A DNA stretch of 63,589 nt, filler included, from Collodictyon triciliatum (Eukaryota): assembly GCA_043381765.1 (NCBI GenBank). It is 7 parts of 7 records of this genome, joined end to end, with 100 filler letters (N's around TTAATTAATTAA, not from the genome) between each part and the next. Parts side by side here need not be neighbours in the genome. Positions count along the whole stretch, not along the records: positions 9,576 to 19,062 come from JBHJMP010002996.1; positions 19,163 to 28,631 come from JBHJMP010002997.1; positions 28,732 to 38,203 come from JBHJMP010002998.1; 4 more parts are not named here. One strand, 5' to 3'. Numbering within the stretch: the stretch's first letter is position 1; the number at the start of each line of letters is the position of its first letter. The position numbers and the translations under genes are program-made. The notes beneath the pieces were generated by a model. The model was not told the origin of the DNA. It did not search any database and saw nothing but the letters and a program-made list of their open reading frames with translations. Of the stretch, positions 12,817 through 30,156 are shown piece after piece.

Positions 12817-13950
12817 GCTGCCTTTTTCTCTCTGCAATATTGAATGATGAAGCAGAGCAAGTAATTCGGCGAGTGCACATAGATGGCATCAAGGGAGCTC
12901 CGCAACTAATATGTTCAACACATCACACGCCTCCTTACGAGGATTATAGTATGAAATAAAAAGAATCAGACATACATGAAATGATGAAAAAAAAAAAACT
13001 CGTAATTTTGCGGTAGAAAAACATGATATTTGACGCTATCAACAACAAACTTTCTCTATAAATTCACATGTGAGCCATTGATGAACAACAGTATTTAGTG
13101 TATTGGCGCAGAAGACAGAATTGTTCATCTAACGTAATGGAAAAAAACAATGATTTCCCATGTTCTGCTATGTAATTGTTTTGCGGCTCATATTTGTAAA
13201 CTCCTTGTATCAAACAGTGGTGCAGGATAAGAATTCAAAGAATTTGAAAAGCGATGCTTCCATATTAATTCTTTACTTTATTAAAATAAAATAAAAAGGC
13301 ATGGAGCAATGTTTTTAGGCCTTTTTTTTTTTTCTTAACTTTTATTTTTTCAAAATCAAACAGGTCAAAGAAAAAAGAGCAACACAGGAGTGATTACGCT
13401 TAATTTGAAGGAGGGAAAGACCGATTTTTTGATAATTTTTTTTGATACAAACGGTCCTATTTCTTGTCTGCATTTGGTTTTGCTACAGTCATCAACTTGG
13501 GAGGGTCCTGTGGGATATATCATGCAGTTTAATCACGACCCGTCAGATTCTAACGTTGGAAATAGGAAAAGAAATGATGCATACACTGGCGATATTCATT
13601 AGTCGTCGATGACGGGCCGTAAAGGCTACTAGTTGCTCCATGGAACTGAGGTCGCTCACATCCGGTCTGATAATGTTCTCCTGCGGAATAGGGAAACAGT
13701 GTTGAAATGGAGATGAAAGAGAAGAAGGAATTATTCGATATCAAATGAACTACAGCTCATGCTCTTTGGAAGTTTCCCTGCGTAACTATCATCAAATCTC
13801 CAAAGCTTCCATGCCTCAACCAAAACCAAAGAAAAAAAAAGGAAAAAAGGAAAAAAGAAACGATATTGGTCAAAGAAATTAAAATTGTAAAACACTTTAA
13901 AAAATGAATAAACAAAGTACATCTCCTTTCTATAAATCACAAATCACACA

Positions 13951-14850
13951 TCACAAATCACTACCGACCTCCAGCGTGCGATGGATGGATATAACAAACT
14001 CCCGCAAGGTGGGCCTGTCCTCCGGCGCACGACGAACGCCAGGAGCTATCATGGCCTTGAGAACATGGTCCTTCACCGACGTCAGCGAGTAGCTCGCGCG
14101 CGGCTTTGACTTCCTTGCCGCCACACAGAGGCAAAAATGCGCCAGATAAAACACCACGGTCTTTTCGCCGGCAAGCTGGCCCATGCGGATGATTTCCGGA
14201 GCGCGAGTCGGATACGCACGCACAGGATGACTGCGGATGGAGCTTTTCAACGCAATGGACTCGCGCAGAGTGCGGAGCTGATAGTCCAGCAGCAGCAGGC
14301 GGCGGGAGGAGCGGAAATAGAGGACGTTGGACGGCTCAATGAGCTCCTCATGAAGGGTGATGCGAGGCTCGTTGATGCGCGCAAAGCCGGTCTGCAGAAA
14401 GAGAAGCGCATCGCCCAGCTGCGCGGCAATCTCGAGCTGCTCCTGGCGATCCAGCGGCTCGTCCGAGAGCGGGCCGTCCAGATACATCGGCAGCGGCGGG
14501 CCGTCCACATGCGGCCGCACAACCTGCAGGTGGCAGTTGTGTGTGTAGACGCCCAGATATGGGACCAGGCTTGGGTGCGGGCCGAGCCGCTCCAGCGCAC
14601 GCATTTCCTCGCACAGCTGCGTCAGAACCTGCTCCGCGTCCATGAGCCCTTCGAAAAAGACCTGCCGCACGTGGACGGATTTCGGGTGCCGCAGATGCAG
14701 CGGAACTTCCGAGTGGTTGTGCGTCTCGTGGAAGTGCTCGCTGTAGCTGATCGGGTGGAGATGCTCGAAGCCCAGCCCGTACGAGGCGGGCGAGAAGTCC
14801 GCTGCTTCCGGCTGCTGGAATGCCCCTGTTTGTGCGCTGCTGGGCTCCAT
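13951..14850 (-). CDS. Protein-kinase-fold pseudokinase (TKL-like); may splice to further exons at 13530-13830
   Basis: EEMRALERLGPHPSLVPYLGV, EIAAQLGDALLFL, EPSNVL, LLDYQL, TRAPEII, PEDRPT mark kinase subdomains III-XI. Gly-loop, VAIK Lys, HRD and DFG are not conserved. Confidence 0.8.
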   Translation of the reverse strand: MEPSSAQTGAFQQPEAADFSPASYGLGFEHLHPISYSEHFHETHNHSEVPLHLRHPKSVHVRQVFFEGLMDAEQVLTQLCEEMRALERLGPHPSLVPYLGVYTHNCHLQVVRPHVDGPPLPMYLDGPLSDEPLDRQEQLEIAAQLGDALLFLQTGFARINEPRITLHEELIEPSNVLYFRSSRRLLLLDYQLRTLRESIALKSSIRSHPVRAYPTRAPEIIRMGQLAGEKTVVFYLAHFCLCVAARKSKPRASYSLTSVKDHVLKAMIAPGVRRAPEDRPTLREFVISIHRTLEVGSDL

Positions 14851-15333
14851 GTCCCTTGGTTCCTGTTCGGTAGTTGTTGTTCTTGTTGTTGTTGTTGTTG
14901 TTTTCTTTCTTTATGCTGTTTCGCCTTTTCCAAGTCCATAGTCTTTTTCTCTTTTTTCTTTTCTTTTATTTTGAGATATTTTGAGTTTGGCGTATTGATT
15001 CTTCGTTCTGATTGATGTCGGTGTACAATCGGCGTTCGGATATTCCAGATTTGAGTACTTATCCGTATTATTTGATAAAATCATGTGTCCGTAAGTTTCA
15101 TATTTTCATTGAATGTTTACTATCGACCTCTGCTTTTTATGGATTATGTTTCGGAATTTGTCCACCATGAGATTTTTTTCACTTCCATCGATTCATTTTG
15201 TGATTTTATTCTTTTTTTTTTTTTGCTCTTGTCTCTTTGATTTCTTTTCATTCATTCAGTGATTTTTTTTATTCTTGTTTTTTAGAATATGTTTGGTGTG
15301 TTTCTTTTAGTTTTTTTGGTGAGTGGGCCATTA

Positions 15334-18865
<3,532 letters not shown>

Positions 18866-19062
18866 ACCTTGCTAAACAAACAAGTAGATCACTTAACCTC
18901 ATGGTTCCTTCTTTTTTCTTTTTTCTTTTTTTCTTTTTTCCTTTTTTTTCTTTTTTATTTTTTCCTTTTTTTTTCTTTTTTTCTTTTTTTCTTTTTTTCT
19001 TTTTTTCTTTTTTTCTTTTTTTCTTTTTTTCTTTTTTTCTTTTTTTCTTTTTTTCTTTTTTT

Positions 19063-19162
19063 NNNNNNNNNNNNNNNNNNNNNNNNNNNNNNNNNNNNNN
19101 NNNNNNTTAATTAATTAANNNNNNNNNNNNNNNNNNNNNNNNNNNNNNNNNNNNNNNNNNNN
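19063..19162. other. Artificial contig linker
   Basis: 44N-TTAATTAATTAA-44N. Confidence 0.97.
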
Positions 19163-19349
19163 ATTTTTGTTTTTATTTTTGTTTTTATTTTTGTTTTTAT
19201 TTTTGTTTTTATTTTTGTTTTTATTTTTGTTTTTATTTTTGTTTTTATTTTTGTTTTTGTTTTTGTTTTTGTTTTTGTTTTTGTTTTTGTTTTTGTTTTT
19301 GTTTTTGTTTTTGTTTCTGTGTCTATGATAATGATAATGATAAGGATCA

Positions 19350-22300
19350 TATTTTCTTCGTAGCTTCTATCGTGCAGTGAGGCCGCTATTGGAATGAAGA
19401 AAAGATTTACTCACGCTTCGAATCCTGATTCCAGCGACTGGTAGGGCAGCATTAGTTGCTCAAGTCTGCGGGGCTTTAGATAATTTGAAAAGAACACTTG
19501 AAGTTTGCTCACATCCTATTGATGTGGGTTCATGCTCATTATAGGACAAATAATTTGTCTCAGAGGTAGACGATTGCGTTGGAGGTGATTAGATAGGTAT
19601 AATCTCGGTTATCCGAGTACTTTGAGCGTTAGTGCTTTTGACTCCTGGTCTTGTGTGTATCGATTGGCCGGAATGCTCCCTAATATTTCGTCCACAATTC
19701 TCTCCAGACATAATTCGCTCTAAAACATTGGTTAACAAAAGGCTGTAAGTATGGTAAAATACATGACTTGGCGTCTAGGACGAAGAGAAAATGATAGTCG
19801 GCGCTCTGCTTTGTTAATCCTGACCATCGACTTCATGTAGAATGCCAACAAGGATTGCGAAAGCTCCTCAAAGTAATCTTGCAAGGTTGCTATAACCACA
19901 GTCATTGGGTCCTCCGATTTCCTATGAAGGATAATTCGTGTTCATCGTACCTCGTTCTATCAACATTTGGACTTTAGTAGAAACCCTTTTTTAAAATAAA
20001 GATTAAAGAATTTGTTTTGTTTCATGTTCATCGTTGTGGTGGTATGTGTTCACCAATCCTTTGAATAGAACACAGGGAAAACTCCAGATAAGTCTGCACA
20101 TATGAGATCGACAAGTATTTTGATAGGTATTTTGGTGCAATCAGAAAACCCTAGTTGAAAAAGATTGTTTTTTTCGGTAAATATAGTACAATTCAGAATG
20201 ACGTTTATGAAACTATAATTATGAAAACTGTTTTCCTATTGATATATCATTGAAAGTTGATCCAAATAAAGTGCTGGGCTCCACCTTTTGCTATAACGTC
20301 CCAATCTATCTCTTTTGACTCCTTTGTGATGAAATAAGTCGAATAGGTCTCTTGGAATTCGGATGTTAAGCTAAATGATTCAGATTAAATCACTAAATAT
20401 CAAATCAAATCAAAGTACCATAGCACAATACCATAATTTCACGACAGTCAAGTTTGTGATTGATTTCGACATGAAGGTAAGATGTAATTACTCAAAACAA
20501 CGATCACAATTGTTGATTGATGCGACCACTTTTTCTAAGGCTACAGTTTTCTTTTCGTCTTCCATAAACGTGGTATGAAGAGGAATAAAAAGAATTTTAG
20601 CATTTTATTTGATGCGAATGATTAGTCAAAAAAACATAGAAATAAAAATATTTCCAGTAAATCGAAAGAAAAAAAACCCCTCCATGATTGGTACGTTGCA
20701 GAAAGATCTGCTGGAAAAGAACCCAAGACTATTGCACACTCCATGAGGACGTTACATGTAAGCTATAGAATTGATGAGTATGCAATTAATGTAGGTAGAA
20801 CACAAAATCTCAACTGTCAGGACGATGGGTTAAAATTCTATTTTATTTTAACTATTTGTCGTATTATTACCTATATATTATGGAGGTAGTAATACGACAT
20901 TTATATTATATTATGATTTTGATTTTATCATACCTCGTCACTGCCTTGTTTGATGGCCAAGTCGACTTGCTGCTCCAGCATATTAAATAAATCAGATGGG
21001 AAATACGTAAATAAGCGCCCTTCCACATGAATGGGAGCAGCATTCTCGTCTTGCGACAAAATGTTTTTGTACCACGTTCCGAGCTTTTCCTTTTAAAAAA
21101 TAGTGTATTTAGAGTCTTCTTGCAGCGCTTAATATGACGCTTTATCGCACTCCGATTAAGAAAGTGAAAACAAGAGCTGATGTCGTATGTAAGAAACCGC
21201 AATAGGAAAATTTATAACAATTTTTCTTTATATTAAAGAACCTTGAGATGTAATCTGTAATTGTCAATCAGTATCGGTGTATTTTGTCGTAGTGGTGGCT
21301 GAAGGTTTTCTAACCCCAATATCTGTACACATCGAACTTCATACTCTGCAATCCAATTGACTGTAGTTGAAAGTGATTACGATGGGGTGTTAATACAATT
21401 TATTTGTGAACCTAGCCGAGCTCATTGTTGGCTCTTCAATGAATAAAGACAAAATAAATGTAGAAGTAGTTTGTTCAAAAAAAATTGGATAATCATATTT
21501 TTGAAATTAGTGTCCGATTAATTGAATGTCATACAGACTGCGCAAATTACTTTCTATCTATAAAAGATTACTCAACATAACCACTTCCAAAGGTTTTAAT
21601 TCGGAGGACTTTGCGACAAGGGCACCGATGATTTCAAATACATGGCTTTGATTTCGAAAAAAATTATTGTATTGGCATTAAAAAAAAAAAAAAACGAGTA
21701 AGAGAGTGCTTTGGTTGTTCGATGATTGCCGTTTTATGTGGAAAACATTGTTATGTATTTCTTTCCAGAGTGAGGAGCTAAATGTTAAAATTACTTACAC
21801 ATGGAATAATTGAGCGTGGAAGTTGTAAATATCATACCTGGAGAAAAAAATGAAATGGTGGTATATAAGTATTCCCTATAGCTGAATTTCGAAGAGGGAA
21901 ATTAGAAAGTAAAATAAACCAGATAAAATAATAATAAAACTTTATTTTTCTCCCACAGTATGTGTATTATTTAAAGTGAAACACACTTCTCTGGGAAAAT
22001 TGGAACCATGTCATCCATGATAGGTATCAGTCCATCGATAATCCTATCCAACTTTCATTCATAATTTAAAGAAAATTGTAAGTATGTGTGTATTCCAAAT
22101 AATATAATTGAATAAATCATTATACTAATATTTCAACTGTGAAATGTATGTCCAAAGTCATTAGAAATATATTATGAAGTGTATGTTGCTGCCAATTCAC
22201 AACAAAATTAATTTTCTTCACAGTAGTAAGTATCCTATGATTTCTATTCGTAAGCTCTAAAGAAATATACCATCCCAAGCTTCTCTTGAAAACTTAGTTC

Positions 22301-23915
22301 ATCGCTGATAATGGCAAATTTGTTATGGCAGGAATCTTCCAATATCTGCATACTACGCTCCATAGACTTTATGGGCTTATGTTTACCTGTAACGACCCGT
22401 GTGTGATATCATGAATATTATAGACCCATGTCTTAAAAGTCCTTCATCCTCGTGTGCATATTCAGTTTTTGCACACACGCACTTTTTTACATCAAAAATT
22501 GAAAAAAATAGTTACCGTCGTATGCCCTTCCAGCTTTCTTCATTTCTTCAGCCAATAGACGATGTTTTCTGTCTTCTCTTTCATCTGCCTCGATTATTCG
22601 AAGGGCTTGTATCAAAGATTCCGGTTTTTCCTTCAGAAAAAAATCAAAGCATGCAAAAGGTATGTGATCTTGTAGTGAAGGCGTTTAAGATATTACAGAG
22701 TAACAGCCGAAATTTTGGCTCATGAGAATGTAAAGCTTTGGTTTGCATTGATACTCTTCTGATGCTCAAAACATTAATCAAATCACCTCCTAGATTGAAT
22801 GATATTTTGTAATGTTGCTTAAAACAGGGATATCTCCCATACCTGTGCATGCGATTCAGCTTGGGTCAGTACTCCTCTGATTCTTTCCCATAGAGTTCTC
22901 TTCAATCGGTCAATAATGTCATACTTTTCCTTTAAAACAACCATCACGTCTAAACGAGATGAGTTCATTTGCAAAGAGGAGGAACGTCCTGAATCCGCAT
23001 TTCCAGCAGCCATATTTTGCAAAAAGGCTGATCGACCGAGCTCCAAGTCGCGGATTTGCATATGTACATATAATAGCTGCGAATCATCTCCGATTAATCT
23101 CTCCAATTCTTCTACCTTTTGGTTTGAAATAATGAAAGCATGATTAAAGGTTAAAAAAATCAAAAAATATGAATTGCAATAACTAAACAGGGCATATTAT
23201 GTGTTCTGATTATTGTTGTTAGCATGCCACTATGAAGTATTTTAAAAAAGAACATGCACAATCAAAAAAATTTTAATATTATCCACGGTACCTTCTTTGG
23301 CAGATTTCTTATCTTTACCAGCTCGTTTGATATGCGCGTAAGGTTGTTTCGGGTAACACTGACGCTGCGAACAACCGGGTATTTTCCCAGAAGCTTCTCA
23401 CATTCTTCATAAAGTTTGTCGATTTTCACGAAGCTAGAAAGGATCACGTTTAAACAGAAATAAATTTTGAAATAAATAAACAAAGTAATTACCTAAATGA
23501 AAGTAATTAATATAATAAAAGTAAACATATGGATGAATACTTAGACAGATAAATCGACAGATAAATAGATAGATGAATATATGAATATGTAAATATGTAA
23601 CTAAAATCATAATCAATAAGTTGGGATAACAAGATACTTGCGCTCGATCTCGTCGATCATGGTATTTGTTTGCTCAATCGTCTCTATGGCCCGCTGCGCA
23701 TTCTCGAGCTGAACCTGCACAGCCGTCTTGAGTTCAACCTCGGCTGAGTCCTTCTTGCGAACAAACTCAGCTTTGAGTGAGTCCAAACGATCGAGATGTT
23801 CTGGCTGGCTGAGCAGACGGCTGAGTTCGTTCAAAGCTTCGTCTCTCCAAAGCTCTTCGAATCCCGATCCGCCTCTGCCGCGCGGTGACTCGGAGTTCAG
23901 CGCGTGACGAAACAT
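19350..23915 (-). CDS. SEC6: Exocyst subunit Sec6/EXOC3, many exons; 3' end approximate
   Basis: N-terminus EALNELSRLLSQPEHLDRLDSLKAEFVRKKDSAEVELKTAVQVQLE, then KYPVVRSVSVTRNNL and LLYVHMQIRDLE, typical of the Sec6 N-terminal region; helical exons continue to ~19400. Confidence 0.87.
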
Positions 23916-24229
23916 GGCTCCCGCCTTGAGTGTGTCAGCGTCTACGCGAAAGCAACCTGCGTGTTTTGCACGACTCTAGTCTGCCTGTCCCTTCCAAAAG
24001 ATAGCAGAAGGATCAGCAAGTGGACAGGGAGTGATCCGTGTGTTTCGGAGCTCTTTATTCGCTCGCTAAGTCTTTGACGCCGTTTGGAAGATAACGCGGC
24101 TTGGCAGTATGTGACGGGTTAGTGTGGTGGCCGAATGGGCATAGATAGGCAGGTGGAGGGCAGGCTTCTCGGCTGCACAGTTGTGCTCGTTGTTGTATAG
24201 ATGCATACGTATTTCTGATTTTCCAAAGG

Positions 24230-27200
24230 TCACCAGTCGGCTACTTTCAGTCCGATGTCACGCGCGTTTTCTCCAGCTGCGTTTGGGTTAGTTACGCTGG
24301 CAGAGATTGACGCAAAGTAGAGTGAAAACTCGGCTGCTCCAATCGTCACCTTCTTCTGCCGATCTTCGAACTCGATACCTTTGTCCGTGCCGATGAGGCT
24401 CTTTGTGATGTGGGAGACATCCACGCGCCCAGGGCTGCCATATGACTCCATCTTGGATGCAATATTCACGTTCTCTCCCCAGATGTCGAACACCTACCCA
24501 TATATTGGAGAGTGATGGAATTGAGGATAAAATAGATGGGTGGAGAGAGGGGGAAAAAAGAAGAATGAATAAAGAAGGAGGATAGTGTGAAATAATTATA
24601 ATAACCACTCGGTTCGTCCTTTACTTCTTTTTTTTTTTTATTTGTGGATTCGCATAATATAAGTTCACTGAAAATAAAATGGGATGGAAAAGAAAACCAT
24701 TTTCGATAACCCTACAAGGCCCCCAACGACCGCTCCGCTGTGTACTCCGATTCTCATATTCACTCGAAGTCCCTCGATGTCGGGTAAGTCTTGCACGATT
24801 TTAATCATTCCAAGCCCCATTTTAACAGCAATCTGAATATTAATGCATTTGCATAAGGAAACTCTCGGTAATTTTTTGTTTTAAAATATGCCGCTGGGAT
24901 TATAAAATGTTTTTTTTTTTTCATAACGCCCCATAATGCACAGAATATTATAATCCAGGAGTGGATGTACCTCTGCGTGGTCGGGTCGAGGGTAGGGAAT
25001 GCCGCATACAGCCATGTAAGCATCCCCTTTAAACACAAGGAAGAAAAAATAAGAGCTGCCGTTATCATTTTTGTTCATGTTGCATGAAATAACTGAGGAT
25101 AGACATAGTATGAAGCACACATCTTACCAATTGTTTTAATTTTTTCCATTCCAAGCTGCTCTCCCAAAGTATCAAACTAGTATTGATTCAATAATGATTT
25201 ATTGATGTCAGTTCTATAAAATATATATATAATGCTAAATATAGATGTCAACGCCATTAATGATGAATTTACTGCCAGTAACTTGTAAAGAAAATTACTT
25301 GAGAGAAAAGGCTATTCAACATTGTAACAATACTTCGTGCATCAAGTTTAGAGGACAAAACTGTGAAACTATGAGCCAATTAAGCATTCTTCTTTAATAA
25401 GTATTCCTCTTCTGTAACCAAAAAGCATACCTTTTATTCTGCCACCACCTTCTTCGTGCCGAACAAAAAAAATCACGTAAAATTTTCAATGGCAATCTTA
25501 TAAAAAAAAATACCCGACAACGTCAGCAAAGAGTATACTGGCATTTGGGTACACATCAATGAGCTTTCCTCCACCCTCTCTCATTTTATTAATCACGGAC
25601 TCGGGGAGGATGTTGTCTTTTATAGTATAGATGATTAATCTTAGTGACAAAAAAAGTCTCATTCAATTCGACATGAAAAATAAATCCAAAAATTACGTAG
25701 TAGTCGCTCCGATTCCTCTCTTTGCTTCATGACACGCTCCCTCTCTTCATCAGCAATCAACGACAAGAGGAACTCGAATCTGCGTTGATTTTGTATTACG
25801 TTTAGGACTATGGAGGTTTCAACAGCAAAATAATAGTAATAATAATAATAGTTCATCATATTTTGATATATTAATAAAATTACCTTGCGTGTTTTTCAAT
25901 CTCCTTTGCTGTGACAAATCCAAAGAGAATGATAAAGAAATAAAAGGCTAATGAAGTTATATCAAGTCCAATTGAGCTGTTAACCATGATGCACTCGAGC
26001 TATTTATAATTATCAATTAACTTCCCGTCTCGTAATATAGACTTCATTTTCCCTCATGTATTTTCTTAAGCAAAGTGTTTAAAAAACACACAGATTCATA
26101 CCACAAAGACAAAGAAGGAACCAAACAGAATGACACCGGATTTTCGATAAGGAACTTGAGATGACATGAAGATTATGATGCTGTAAATCATCAAGAAAAA
26201 GTAGCAATAGCGAGCGGACCTGGTCGTCCATGTTCTGTTTAAATCATCGATTTAATTAAGATAATAAAAAAAAAGAGGCGTTTTAACAAATATTATAGTG
26301 CACGCAATACCAGCCCGGCATACTCTATCTCGGATGAAAATCCTATTTTCTATTTTTGTCACTAAAGATTACCTAAAGACTCCAAACATTACAAGGAGGC
26401 AGAGGTGCAGAATGGTAAATGCCCAGTAACTGTATTTGTGAGCATGCTTGGGAAGAAAAGACGAGAGGCCCAGTAATGCTGCCTTTTTTTTAATAATAAC
26501 AAGAATGAAATATTCTATCAAGAAAGGTAAAATGTTACTGACCCTTAGCTTACAACCGTCATTTCTCAAATAAGAACGTGTGCGCAAAAATTGTGGTAAA
26601 ATACTTACATTTAGTCCTATTGAAGGCCCTATCCCCATGTAGTATAGGGCAATGTTCTTGCTGTCTCCATCAAATAGCAAGACATCAACTCCAGATAATA
26701 TTTGAATGGCAAGTATGTACCCAATGAATATCATCGACCTTTCTTGGCAGAGCTCATCTTGAAGTGCGCGGAATTTGGCTTCGTGTTCTTGGTTGACAAA
26801 ACGAAGCATTCCTCTCTTCGATTCTACCTGACTTTGCAACATATCATCAACCTCTTTTATTCTTCTGATGAGTGCCTCCTTGGCCTTTTTCTTTTTCTTG
26901 TCTTTGGGTCCTCCTTCTTCCTGCTGATATTTCTCTGCATCCTCCTCTGTGTATTGAATTAATAAATATGAAAGGTTATCTGGCTCATTTTTAAACTTAT
27001 TTGATTATAAATTAAGCGTTATGATTATATTTCAAATTGTAAGAAATGACTAACCCTTCTTTTCATCTAAATATTCCATATTTCCATCCTCAGTAGTTCT
27101 CGGTGATGAAGCTCTTGGAGACGGTGTGGATGCTAATGTTTTTCTGTCGAAAAGAAGTAAATTTGACGTGTTCAGTTCCGTACTATCTGGTGCGCAGATG

Positions 27201-28494
27201 GACACTTAGTGATAACAAGATGGAATATGTTCATAAGTCTGATTTGACTCACTTAGACAGGAGGTAGTAAGTTTGCATCTCTCCTTTTCCTTTTACTTGC
27301 ATCGCTGGTCTTTTTTCAAATTCAAACTCACTCTTGAGCAATTCGTAAAACTCCGAAGTTGTGTGAATCTTTCCTGACTCCCCGTGCGACTGCATTCGAC
27401 TTGCTTTAAACGGATGTGAGATATAAAAGAAGAGCATAGTAAGTCATCTAGCTACATATGAATGATAAGCTTTGTATTATTATCAAGGGCATCTTGTCTG
27501 TCAAAGAAATGACTAAATTACCTGTGTTAACTGAGTCTCCCCATAAATCGTATAGGAACTTAGTTTTCCCTAGAACACGATGAACGAGGGTTAATAGATG
27601 TTCTTTACAGAAATTTTTAAGACGGAAAATGAAAAATGGTTCAATTCTTGAAATCTTTCTACCAATTACTCCAGCCACCACAGGTCCAGTGTGAAGCCCA
27701 AGGGTAATTTGAATAGGCTTCTGCTTCATTATACTCAATCCGTCCACCTGATTTGTATGCAATTTCATCAGTGTCGCTTGAGGTAATTACGTGTCTAAAT
27801 AGACCTGAATAAATATATCACTTACTGCCTTCATCATATCCATAGCATATTTGGCCATAATTCGAGCACTTTCTTCAGGTGCCAGCGCTTCAGGTAGTCC
27901 GCATCCAACCAAGTAGGCTAATAAGAAAAACTGGTGTTATTGATTTTGAAACAATTGCTCACCTATCATACATATCTCTATGTTTATGAATTCAAACCAT
28001 CCCCAATCGTCTTGATTTTTTCCACTTTGTACATGTGAGTCAGGCGGTCAAAAGTAGAGACTATCTCACCAAGAAGGTTTACGGCATCTATTGGAGGCAT
28101 GGAGCGAGCAATGTCTGTCCAGCCTACCAAATCTGCAAAGAGAACAGTCACGTGTCCGTATCCATCTGATATGACCTTTTAGGATTATTTTTTTAGAAGA
28201 AAATAGTATTTTCCCATTACTTATAGCTATGAGACAGCAATAAAATAAATGATTATTCGAACAACATTGCTGTGAAAAAAAAGGAACCTCCTCTCCATCC
28301 ATAAGGCGACGAGCTATCTTGTTGGGTAGAATGTTGAGGAGTAGCTTCTCCTGTTCCGATATAAAGATAAAAACGAGCTCATGTCGAAAATATAATAAAT
28401 TCATATCTATTTTTGTTTAGGTATAATACGCACAGTAATGGCTTTTTCTTTGACAACCTCCTCTGTATGCTTCAATATACCTGCTCTTCTGGCC
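24230..28494 (-). CDS. Class III adenylyl cyclase with two catalytic domains separated by a transmembrane block; 5' part lost at the linker
   Basis: Domain 1: LLLNILP..VTVLFADLVGWT..EKIKTIGDAY..GLHTGPVVAGVIG..YDLWGDSVNTASRM..VKGKGEMQTY. TM helices at ~25880-26740. Domain 2: NILP..ILFADVVGFT..EKIKTIGDAYM..IGVHSGAVVGGLVG..FDIWGENVNIASKME. Lys/Asp specificity residues indicate ATP. Confidence 0.93.
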
Positions 28495-28533
28495 TAAAGG
28501 ATTGTATTTTTTTTAAAAAAAAAAAGGGCATTG

Positions 28534-28631
<98 letters not shown>

Positions 28632-28731
28632 NNNNNNNNNNNNNNNNNNNNNNNNNNNNNNNNNNNNNNNNNNNNTTAATTAATTAANNNNNNNNNNNNN
28701 NNNNNNNNNNNNNNNNNNNNNNNNNNNNNNN
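28632..28731. other. Artificial contig linker
   Basis: 44N-TTAATTAATTAA-44N. Confidence 0.97.
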
Positions 28732-30156
28732 AGAAAAAAAGAAAAAAAGAAAAAAAGAAAAAAAGAAAAAAAGAAAAAAAGAAAAAAAGAAAAAAAGAAA
28801 AAAAGAAAAAAAGAAAAAAAAGAAAAAAAAAGAAAAGACAAAGGCACTTATCCCGATTTGCAAGATGATTATTTGGTAGAAATAGCAATTATAAACAAAA
28901 CCTAACACAATCATCACAGGTTCCCAATCCCGATGGACGCTCCCAGAAAAGAAGAAAAATATGACCTGCGAAAGCTGCGTCAGGAGTTAACCGGGGGCCC
29001 GATGAAATATGACTACCCGGGGTCTTCTAACAAGGTGGCACATCAATACGGCCGAAAAAAAAGGCCATAGAATCAAATCATGCTCATTAACTGTGAAAAT
29101 AAAATAACCCTATATATTCTCGTGTTCCTCCTGTGGTTTATGAATGCACAAACCAACTGAATTCTCATATGCCCCATGCATATTTCTATAAAATCAACTT
29201 TCTTCAAGTAAATTGATATGCTAGATAATATATATATACCATCATCACTGTTATTTAACCCATGGCCAGACGACAATTCTTCCCTCGACTGCCGCAACAC
29301 CAACATCTTCTACATCAAAACAAAAATCATCAGAGTCCCGCTCATCGGTAAAATCCTCCTCATTTACACAATTATATCATATAGACAGATAATTTAGTTC
29401 CTTTTTCGGGTATATTCTCTAATCTTCTGATAAAATCAGAATACTCATTGCGAAAGACTAAACATTTCTTTAAAGTATACAAAGACTATTTGTGTGTATT
29501 TTGCTTTTTACTCCCACATTTTATCCTTTATTCTATTAGCTTTACACATTATATGCTTTGTTTTTTCTCTCCCACGCTCTACCTGGTTCTTTCCAACGTA
29601 CTCTCAAATGAGCGACTTATATTAATGAGTATGGTACTCGTAGGGAATACAAAATCTTCCCCAAATCAAGTCGCCTGATCCGATAATTGGCCGTAATTAT
29701 CTTATAATATCTTATATATAATTTAGCACCACACAAACGCTATCTTTTCTATTTATCATACCCTATTGGGAATACCAGCCGTAACGCAGTATAAGTAAAT
29801 CTTATTGTATAATATCTAAAAATCATCCTTAATTGACCCCTCATAATCGTTATAGCAACTCCAACCAGGGATGATGAATACTCACCAGATGATGTATGAA
29901 TCCTTTTTTTTTAATTTCTTAACCTAAACCCCAATTAAATTGTGTCTATTTGATATGTTGTCAATTTAATATGAATCGATACCCAGAAAGAACATCACCA
30001 TGAAGACAATGTACCCCATCCTGGAAGCAATCAAAACTCTGATCGACTGGGAGATGCAGGCCCTTTGTAAGAAAACTTAAATATTCAGATCACAATGAAA
30101 AACACTATGATATATTCTCGTGTCGGCTTCAAAAATAATTTATTCACACGAATTAA

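Noticed and set aside
14137-15015. Long antisense or alternate-frame ORFs (also 50245..51147, 54738..55964, 55181..56290)
   Set aside because: Shadow ORFs expected in GC-rich coding DNA; no motifs.
19410-19450. tRNA T-loop-like ttcgaatcc
   Set aside because: No cloverleaf can be formed, and it lies in a probable Sec6 exon on the opposite strand.
28732-30156. Hydrophobic minus-strand fragments as the missing N-terminal TM block of the cyclase
   Set aside because: They are across a linker, and I could not build a consistent spliced frame.
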